From Limnothrix sp. BL-A-16 (lineage in GTDB: Bacteria > Cyanobacteriota > Cyanobacteriia > CACIAM-69d): a DNA stretch of 64,000 nucleotides. The position numbers were made by a program, and so were the translations under genes. Shown here in pieces: positions 56,569 to 64,000 of the stretch. The notes below the pieces were generated by a model that worked only from the letters and a program-made list of their open reading frames with translations, was not told the origin of the DNA and did not search any database. Where the stretch lies: assembly GCA_041937175.2 (NCBI GenBank), contig CP166615.1:4224001-4288000 (forward strand), written 5' to 3'. Every line of letters begins with the position of its first letter. Position 1 is the first letter of the stretch.

Positions 56569-56748
56569 GACGAATTTGCTTGGGTGTTGCTAAGTACAGA
56601 CAGCAGCTCTCTAGAATATCACGCCCAGACCGGAGCGCAAGGGGACGATCGCTCGATCGCGATCGCCCCCGGGTTCACAGCGGCCGGAAAGCCCAAAGCC
56701 GCCCGGAAGTTGCCTCAAAAACCGCTAGACCGTGACTAGGCAGACCCC

Positions 56749-59052
56749 CTAAAAGTCGCCCTCGGCGCTAGCTGCGGCTGTGGCCGCATGATCCAACTTG
56801 AGCACCAACACGCCCAACGGAGGCAAGCAAAGGTCGATCGAGTAGGGGCGATCGTGGAACCACCATTCCTCGGCCCATTTGCCCCCTAAATTGCCCATGT
56901 TGCTGCCGCCATATTTGCGCGAATCGCTATTGAGCACTTCGCGATAGAAGCCCAACTTAGGAACCCCCACACGGTAATGGGAATGGGGTTGCGGCGTGAA
57001 ATTACAAACCACCACCACAAAATCCTTGTAATCCTTATCCCAGCGCACAAACGAAACCACACTGTGGTTGTTGTCGCTGCAATCAATCCACTCAAACCCT
57101 TCCTGACGGCAATCTTGGGTATAAAGGCAAGGCTCGTTGCGATAAAGCTGATTCAAATCAGCCACAAACTGCTTTAGCTTCTGATGGGGTTCGTATTGCA
57201 GCAAGTGCCACTCCAAATCACCCCAAACATTCCACTCACTCCACTGGCCAAACTCCATGCTCATGAAGAGTGTTTTCTTGCCCGGGTGCGCGAACATATA
57301 AGCATAAAGACAGCGCAAGTTGGCAAATTTTTGCCACTCATCACCGGGCACTTTTCCGAGCATATTGCTCTTGCCATGGACAATTTCATCGTGGGACAGA
57401 GCCAGCATGAAATTCTCGCTAAAGGCGTACCAAATGCTGAAAGTGACGTTGTTTTGGTGGAATTGGCGGAACCAGGGATCCATCGAGAAATAGTCGAGGA
57501 TGTCGTGCATCCAGCCCATGTTCCACTTCAAATTGAAGCCTAAACCCCCCACATAGGTTGGCCAAGACACCATCGGCCAAGCGGTGGATTCTTCCGCGAT
57601 CGAGAGTACGCCGGGATAGTAGCTGAACAACAGATGGTTGGTTTGCCGCAGAAAATCCGCCGCTTCAATGTTTTCTCGGCCCCCGTATTGGTTGGGCAAC
57701 CATTCCCCATCCTTGCGGCAATAATCCAGATACAACATTGAGGCCACCGCATCTACGCGGATTCCGTCAATGTGATATTTGTCGAACCAGAAAAGGGCAT
57801 TGGCAACTAAGAAATTCCGCACTTCATTGCGGCCATAGTTGAAAATCAAAGTGCCCCATTCCTTGTGTTCGCCCTTGCGGGGATCGGCATGTTCGTAAAG
57901 GCAAGTGCCGTCAAACCCTGCCAAACCATGGCCATCTTTCGGGAAGTGACCGGGCACCCAATCTACAATTACGCCAATGCCGTTCTTGTGGCATTGATCG
58001 ACAAAATACATGAAGTCTTGGGGAGTGCCATAGCGCGAGGTGACGGCATAATAGCCAATCACTTGGTAGCCCCAAGATCCATCAAAGGGGTGCTCTGCGA
58101 CGGGCAACAATTCCACATGGGTGAAGCCCATCTCTTTGACGTAGGGAATCAGACGATCGGCCAGTTCTTTATAGGTCAAAAATCGCGTGCCGGGCTTCAG
58201 TTCCGCCACGGAAACCGGCTCGGCCGGCGTGCCGTCGTGGTGGGTTCCGGGAAAGGCAAAGTTCTCGTGCAGCCAGGAGCCGAGATGGACTTCGTAAACC
58301 GAAACCGGCTGTTCTAGGGGGACGGTGTGGCGGCGCTTGTCCATCCAATCGTTGTCGCTCCACTGGTAGTGATCCAGGTTGGCCACGATCGAGGCGGTTT
58401 TGGGGCGCACTTCCTGCTGGAATCCGTAGGGATCGCTCTTTTCGTAGATGTGTCCTTCCCAATTTTTGATCTCAAATTTGTAGGGATCCCCTTCTTTTAC
58501 GCCGGGAATGAACAGATCCCAAATGCCGCCGTCCATTTTCCGCATTTGGTGCTTGCGGCCATCCCAGTAGTTGAAATTGCCCAAAACGGAAACGTTGCGT
58601 GCGTTGGGGGCCCAAACGGCGAAGTAAACGCCGCTGACTCCTTCAATTTCCGTGAGGTGGGCCCCCAATTTTTCGTAAACGCGGTGGTGATTGCCTTCGC
58701 AGAATAGGTGAATGTCAAAATCGGTGACCAGGGGCGATCGAAAAGCGTAGGGGTCATAGAGCACCCGCTCATGCTCCCCTTCTTGGATCCGCAGTTGGTA
58801 GTTGGCAATTTCGTGACGGGTGATGGTGCACTCAAAAAAGTGCGGGTGATGCACAGAAACCATCGGCACTTCAAGACGTTCTTCGGGAAAGATCGCCCAA
58901 GCGGCGCTGGCGCTGGGCAAATAGGCCCGAATTGCCCAGGTTGTTTCACCATCTTGCTGAAGCACCAGGTGGGGGCCAAGGACTTCAAAGGGATTGTGAT
59001 GATGGTTGTGAACAATCCGATCGACTTGATCTTGGGCAATGGTAGGAATCAT
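56749..59052 (-). CDS. glgB: 1,4-alpha-glucan branching enzyme
   Basis: [41 protein letters not shown]. Confidence 0.97.
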   Translation of the reverse strand: MIPTIAQDQVDRIVHNHHHNPFEVLGPHLVLQQDGETTWAIRAYLPSASAAWAIFPEERLEVPMVSVHHPHFFECTITRHEIANYQLRIQEGEHERVLYDPYAFRSPLVTDFDIHLFCEGNHHRVYEKLGAHLTEIEGVSGVYFAVWAPNARNVSVLGNFNYWDGRKHQMRKMDGGIWDLFIPGVKEGDPYKFEIKNWEGHIYEKSDPYGFQQEVRPKTASIVANLDHYQWSDNDWMDKRRHTVPLEQPVSVYEVHLGSWLHENFAFPGTHHDGTPAEPVSVAELKPGTRFLTYKELADRLIPYVKEMGFTHVELLPVAEHPFDGSWGYQVIGYYAVTSRYGTPQDFMYFVDQCHKNGIGVIVDWVPGHFPKDGHGLAGFDGTCLYEHADPRKGEHKEWGTLIFNYGRNEVRNFLVANALFWFDKYHIDGIRVDAVASMLYLDYCRKDGEWLPNQYGGRENIEAADFLRQTNHLLFSYYPGVLSIAEESTAWPMVSWPTYVGGLGFNLKWNMGWMHDILDYFSMDPWFRQFHQNNVTFSIWYAFSENFMLALSHDEIVHGKSNMLGKVPGDEWQKFANLRCLYAYMFAHPGKKTLFMSMEFGQWSEWNVWGDLEWHLLQYEPHQKLKQFVADLNQLYRNEPCLYTQDCRQEGFEWIDCSDNNHSVVSFVRWDKDYKDFVVVVCNFTPQPHSHYRVGVPKLGFYREVLNSDSRKYGGSNMGNLGGKWAEEWWFHDRPYSIDLCLPPLGVLVLKLDHAATAAASAEGDF

Positions 59053-59537
59053 AGGGCGATCTTTTAAAACAACAGTCGAAAACAACAGTCGAAAAACAGC
59101 GGTGACGAACAAAAGGGCGCAGATGAAAACAGCAAACGGCCATTTAGCCTGGGGGGCCACCGAGAGCCATTTGGGGGCCGAAACTTGGGCGATCGCGCGC
59201 CCAGTGCCAGCGGCCACCATTCACCTTCAGGAGCGTCTGCGGAATGGCTGAGACCTGCACAGTAACTGGGTTAGGGTTACCAAAAGCGTTTAACAAGGGG
59301 CTATTAGCAGGGGGCTTTCAATGGTTGGTTTCCGAGGGGAATTCCTAGTTTTGTTCAGGGTTAATGCGCGAGGTTAAGGCTCAGGAGTAAGGTTCCAGGA
59401 AGCTGGTCAAAAACGCTTGATCTACAAAAATGTTGGATCAAAAGGGGCATTCATCGATCACGATGAATTTTTGTCAACCATTAGCAACAGAAGTTTGCAT
59501 AGGGTTGCACAGACCATAGCAAATGGCTGCTGTTGTC

Positions 59538-60116
59538 TCAAGGGCGATCGGGGGCCTGGTAGTCGCCAGATTTGCCGCCGGTTTTGCTGATCAGCCGCAC
59601 GGCCTCAATTTGCATTGACTTTTCTAGCGCCTTTGCCATGTCGTAAAGGGTCAAGGCGGCTACCGATGCGGCCGTGAGCGCTTCCATCTCTACGCCTGTT
59701 TCGGCTTTGGTTTTCACGCGGGCTTGGATGATGTAGCCCGGAAGGGCGCGATCGGGCGTGAGGGTGACCTGCACCTTGCTCAGGGGCAGGGGATGACAAA
59801 GGGGAATGAGGTTAGCCGTTTGCTTTGCGGCCATGATTCCGGCAATGCGGGCCGTCCCCAGCACGTCTCCTTTGGGGGCATTGCCAGACTCGATCGCCGC
59901 GAGGGTGGTGGGCAGCATTCGGACAAGCGCTTCGGCCAGGGCTTCCCGCGTGGTGGCCGTCTTGGCGGAAATGTCCACCATTCTGGCTTCACCGCTGCCG
60001 TCTAGGTGGGTGAGCGAGGGGGCGGCAACGGCTTGATTGCCCTCCACGACGGCCAAATCAACGGCAGTGGCTGGGTTTGGCCCTCGCTCCAAAAAATCTT
60101 GGTCGAGACTTGTCAT
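59538..60116 (-). CDS. moaC: Cyclic pyranopterin monophosphate synthase
   Basis: [39 protein letters not shown]. Confidence 0.96.
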   Translation of the reverse strand: MTSLDQDFLERGPNPATAVDLAVVEGNQAVAAPSLTHLDGSGEARMVDISAKTATTREALAEALVRMLPTTLAAIESGNAPKGDVLGTARIAGIMAAKQTANLIPLCHPLPLSKVQVTLTPDRALPGYIIQARVKTKAETGVEMEALTAASVAALTLYDMAKALEKSMQIEAVRLISKTGGKSGDYQAPDRP

Positions 60117-60131
60117 GCTCCGGATAACCTG

Positions 60132-60140
60132 TGCTATGAT
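60132..60140 (+). promoter_or_regulatory. Extended -10 promoter of tRNA-Arg
   Basis: TGCTATGAT (TGnTATGAT) about 35 bp upstream of the tRNA. Confidence 0.55.
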
Positions 60141-60175
60141 TGTTCGGCGCTAAACGGTTAACCGCCGTTGAGCTA

Positions 60176-60248
60176 GGGCGTGTAGCTCAGTGGATAGAGC
60201 ACGTGACTACGGATCACGGTGTCGGGGGTTCGAATCCCTCCTCGCCCG
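60176..60248 (+). tRNA. tRNA-Arg(ACG)
   Basis: GGGCGTGTAGCTCAGTGGATAGAGCA-CGTGA-CTACGGA-TCACG...GGTTCGAATCC...CGCCCG cloverleaf. Confidence 0.97.
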
Positions 60249-60580
60249 TTTCAAGAAAACAATACGCTAAAAAGCTCTGATTCTAAGAACTTTTGCAGTT
60301 TCGAGTTTCGGGGTCTCTGCGATCCTGCCTAAACCGATTGGGCCAGCCAGTCCGAGTTTCTGACGAAGCAGGCCGAGCCTCAGCGAGCCGAGCATCTGAG
60401 TTTTGGTTGGGCTATTCCTTGACCCGATCCAGGAACCAAGCCAGCGCACAGCGGCATCCCAAGCCTAATGGATCAGAGATTATTCAAAATCCCTGATCGC
60501 AAAAGACTGGATTGGATCCCATTCCCGAGCCAAGGTTAGGCGATCGGGATGCTGGAGCTATGCAAAGCGCTGAAGTTAGC

Positions 60581-61036
60581 CTAGTTGCGTTCGATCCACT
60601 TTTGGGCCCGCAACCGGAGGGCCACGGCATTCACCAACAGGTCTAAGCTCGCCTTCCGCTCATCGATCAAGAAGGGTTCCAGGGTGCTGTGGGGGCCGCC
60701 TTTTTCCGTGTAGGAAAATCCTTTGGTGGCGTTGATGTCGTCTTTGGGGAAATAAACCCGAAATTCCCGATCGCCCCAACTACCAATCACCTGAGAGCAT
60801 TGGTTGTCTTCCAGCCCTTTGATGGGAACGGTGGCATTCACAAACTGCAACGCCAAACCGGCCACACCGCGATCGCCCAGGGCCTTTTGCAGGGCCGGCA
60901 GATATTCGGTTTCAATAAATTCGCCAAAGGGCTTGTCTTCCGGTTTGGGGGCTTTTTCTTTGGCTGGGGCAGTTTTTGGGGCCGCAGCGGGGGCCGTCGC
61001 TTGTACTTCCGCTTTCACTTCCGGATTGTCAGCCAT
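60581..61036 (-). CDS. DUF2996 family protein (NdhV-like)
   Basis: KPEDKPF.EFI...YLP, STLEPFLIDERK, RL..QKW. Confidence 0.85.
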   Translation of the reverse strand: MADNPEVKAEVQATAPAAAPKTAPAKEKAPKPEDKPFGEFIETEYLPALQKALGDRGVAGLALQFVNATVPIKGLEDNQCSQVIGSWGDREFRVYFPKDDINATKGFSYTEKGGPHSTLEPFLIDERKASLDLLVNAVALRLRAQKWIERN

Positions 61037-61439
61037 GATGGTTCAGCAAATATGGTGCAGAAAATAGCGGGGCGATCGGGTTGCCTAGGTTCAACCACCA
61101 CCGCCGGGACGTGACCCACAACGGGCGATCGGCAATGTGGGGGTTCTCGCGGGTCTCGAAACCTAAGCAACTGAAATCTAAACAAGTATTGTACGGAGCG
61201 GCGGGAAGTTCCGGCTAGCTTTGGACTTTTGGGCTGATTATTAAACTGATTGGCCACTGCCTAACAGCCCAGTCGATCGGGCGCGGTCGATCAATTGTGG
61301 AACGAGCGATCGGCCAATGCCAATGAATTAAGCAGTGCCAATGAATCAAGGCCCAGCGATCGCCTGCCATTACTAAAAGTGTCTTTTGACAAGGATCAAG
61401 CATCAACAGTCGTGGGGCAACCAGCATCAACAGTCGTGG

Positions 61440-61463
61440 GACAAGGGGCTTAAGCCCCTTGTC
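61440..61463. repeat. Stand-alone REP-like palindrome GACAAGGGGCTTAAGCCCCTTGTC
   Basis: Perfect 24-bp palindrome identical to 23943-23966, preceded by GTCGTGG. Confidence 0.85.
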
Positions 61464-61622
61464 TGCCTTGATCGATGCGGTTCGCAAGGTAGCAATTTTG
61501 GTTCTTCAGATATCCCCTCAGCCCAAACCAGTTCTTGATCTGTTTTCGCCGTCCCTGATCTGTTTTCGTCGTCCTTGAATAGGTTTGCTATCGTTGGATC
61601 ACCCTTTGCTCATTCCTGAATC

Positions 61623-63845
61623 ATGGCCTCGCCCCTGGTTAAGCGGTTTTCCCTAGCCCTCAAACGCTATTTGTGGATCCTGCCCGTGGGCCCAATTTTG
61701 GGGGCCGGCGTTGGTGCGGGACTGTCGCTGCTGCCCGTGCCGCCCCCGCGCTACAGCATTTTGGGGGTTTTGTCATACCAACGGGCGGGGGTGTCGTTTT
61801 CGGAAACGGGAGCGGCAATTGTGGAGCAAGGGCAAACCCTATCGCCAGATATCTTGACCGCGCCGGACATCATCGCGCCTGTGGCTAAGGAATTTCGGAT
61901 GGATCCGGAGTTGTTGCTCAAAAGCCTGCGGGTGCGGGATCCCAACGCTGGTGATGAAAAAGACAAGAAAAAAGAAAGCGGCCCGCCAACCTTAGAAGTG
62001 CGCTTCACGGATGAGAAAGGGGAGCGAGGCGAAAAGATTACAAATTCCCTCATGAAGTTGATGGTGGAAAAAAGCCGTCAACTGAATGCTGCGCGGGTGA
62101 AGGGAATTATTGACGCGATTCGGGCCCGGCTGCCGCAGGTGATTGGAGAACTGCGGGCGGCGGAGCGCAATTTGGAACGATACGATCGGGTGGAAGGGGC
62201 GGCAATTTTGGCGGCCCAAAACGGGGCCCTGATTGAGTCGATCGCCACAATCGGGAATCAGCAGCGTCAACTGCAACTGCAACTGGAAGGGGCGACCGCC
62301 CAGGTGCGCTCCCTGGAACAGCGGTTGGGTCTGTCGGTGGATGATGCCTATGTGTCTTCGGCCCTCAGTTCCGATCCGATGCTGGCCCAATTGCGGGTGC
62401 AGCTTCAGCAGGTGGAGGCGGAACGGCTGCTCCAAAGCCAACGCCTACGCCCGGAGCATCCCCAAATGCAATTGTTGATTCAGCGGCAACAGTCCCTAGA
62501 AACCCTGTTGAATCGCCGGGCCCAAGAAGTGATTGGCGGCGGCGTGGCGGGGGCAAAACCGCTGGCGGCCACCAATCGGATTCGATCGAGCAGTAGCCTG
62601 GATCCGGCGCGGCAACAGTTAGCCAACAGTTTGGTTTCCCTGAAAACCCAGCAGGAAACCCTTCAACGCCAACTCACCCTGTCCTTGAAGGCGGAACGGG
62701 AACTGCGTCAGGAATATGCAGCCGTGCCCAACAAGCAGCTAGAGCGCGATCGCCTGGCTCAACAGGTGGCCTTGAAAAAAGCGCTCTACGATCGAATGCA
62801 GGCCAAATTAGTCGATTCGGAAGCCGCCGAAGCGGAAACCGTCAGCAGCCTGACGATCGCCCAACCGGCCGCCATTCGCTCCGAGGAAATTGCCCAAAAG
62901 CTCTCCATGCGGTTGACCCTGCCGGCCGGGTTTGCGGGCGGTTTGGTCTTGAGCGGGGCGTTGCTGTTGGTGTTGGGAATGCTCGATCGCCGTTATCAAG
63001 CCGACAGCGAAATTCGCAGCGCCCTGGCCGAGCGGGATATCAAATTGCTGGGCATTTTGCCGGAATTGTCCGCCCGTGCGCCGGGCCTGCTGCCGGTGTT
63101 GGTGGAACCCTCGCCCCCAGGAGAAGCCTATGAGCAGTTCCGCAGCAACTTACGCCGCCTGGATAGCAGCCTGAAGGTGCTGTTAATGAGCAGTGTGGAC
63201 GCGGGCGAAGGAAAATCCGTGGTGGCCTATAACTTGGCGATCGCAGCGGCGCGATCGGGCAAACGCACCCTGTTGATTGAACTAGATTTGCGCGCTCCCT
63301 CCGCCGCCAAGGCCCTGCGCGTGGCTCCGGATCCGGATGCGGTTCGTGAACCGTTCCACTACTACAGCAGTTTGAACAACTGTGCGCGGATGGTTCCCGA
63401 AGTGGAAAACCTCTACATTGCCCCCAGTCCTGGCCCCCAAAATGATTGCGCGGCGATTTTGGAATCTAGCGAAATTCGACAACTCCTGCTGGATGCCCGC
63501 AGTCGCTTTGATTACGTGATTGTGGAAGCCACGACCCTCAACAATGCCAACGATGCCCTCCTGCTGGAGTCCCAAACGGACGGGTTGATCTTGGTGGCTC
63601 GCCCTGGCCACACCGACAAGACCGCCTTTACCCAACGGCTGGATGAGTTGACCGACGAGGAAACCAGCACCATCCGCTTGATTGGTGTTGCCATTGACAG
63701 TGCCGATTCGCCCTTTGAGCTGCTGGAAGAAGAACTCCTGCTGGAAGAGGATGCTGAGGCGATCGATCCGATGGCGGCGGTGGATGAATGGTCAATCGTG
63801 CGGCCGTCTGCCAATTCCGTGGCCGCGCGATCGAAACAGCGCTAG
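61623..63845 (+). CDS. GumC/Wzc-like polysaccharide chain-length/export protein with a BY-kinase-like domain
   Basis: Two TM helices flanking coiled coils (PEHP), EAYEQFRSNL, Walker A GEGKS. Confidence 0.85.
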   Translation: MASPLVKRFSLALKRYLWILPVGPILGAGVGAGLSLLPVPPPRYSILGVLSYQRAGVSFSETGAAIVEQGQTLSPDILTAPDIIAPVAKEFRMDPELLLKSLRVRDPNAGDEKDKKKESGPPTLEVRFTDEKGERGEKITNSLMKLMVEKSRQLNAARVKGIIDAIRARLPQVIGELRAAERNLERYDRVEGAAILAAQNGALIESIATIGNQQRQLQLQLEGATAQVRSLEQRLGLSVDDAYVSSALSSDPMLAQLRVQLQQVEAERLLQSQRLRPEHPQMQLLIQRQQSLETLLNRRAQEVIGGGVAGAKPLAATNRIRSSSSLDPARQQLANSLVSLKTQQETLQRQLTLSLKAERELRQEYAAVPNKQLERDRLAQQVALKKALYDRMQAKLVDSEAAEAETVSSLTIAQPAAIRSEEIAQKLSMRLTLPAGFAGGLVLSGALLLVLGMLDRRYQADSEIRSALAERDIKLLGILPELSARAPGLLPVLVEPSPPGEAYEQFRSNLRRLDSSLKVLLMSSVDAGEGKSVVAYNLAIAAARSGKRTLLIELDLRAPSAAKALRVAPDPDAVREPFHYYSSLNNCARMVPEVENLYIAPSPGPQNDCAAILESSEIRQLLLDARSRFDYVIVEATTLNNANDALLLESQTDGLILVARPGHTDKTAFTQRLDELTDEETSTIRLIGVAIDSADSPFELLEEELLLEEDAEAIDPMAAVDEWSIVRPSANSVAARSKQR

Positions 63846-64000
63846 GCACAACCGGGCGATCGTCCTGATGCACCGCCCTAAAGCGCTGCCCAAACCAAAG
63901 CACCCAAGAGATCCCCGTGCTGGGTTGGTCTCTTGGGTGCTTATTTGAGCCTGTTTGAATCAACTACGCTTGAAGCGATTGTTCAATTCTAGAAACGTTC

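Noticed and set aside
60176..60580. Integrative element at tRNA-Arg
   Set aside because: No integrase or duplicated tRNA 3' end; flanking genes are core

Overview
Cyanobacterial chromosomal window. Evidence: very dense HIP1 GCGATCGC octamers, and rpaB, ccb2, PAM68, NdhV/DUF2996 and hetR homologues. A filamentous, probably non-heterocystous, Limnothrix-like strain is my inference only. Most of the window is housekeeping: hemY, pcrA, dapA, rnj, radA, purA, rplY, eno, ruvC, tadA, lysA-cdaA-uppS, aroF, rpsO, glgB, moaC, tRNA-Pro(TGG) and tRNA-Arg(ACG). Five things stand out. (1) A Rab/Ras-like small GTPase gene sits directly upstream of a PAS-GAF class III adenylate cyclase, and the pair is bracketed by two direct copies of a 126-bp MITE. 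(2) A nested MITE system: a second, 142-bp MITE inserts with a TA duplication at the centre of a REP-like palindrome (ACAAGGGGCTTAAGCCCCTTGT) that both MITE families carry. (3) hetR is preceded by a stand-alone GlnD-like tandem-ACT protein with a 20-bp tandem repeat upstream. (4) A solitary, AT-richer Type IIG-like restriction-modification gene. (5) A Thr/Gly-repeat RTX protein, a plant-like HemY, and a Wzc-like protein with degenerate kinase motifs. No CRISPR array, transposase or rRNA was seen.
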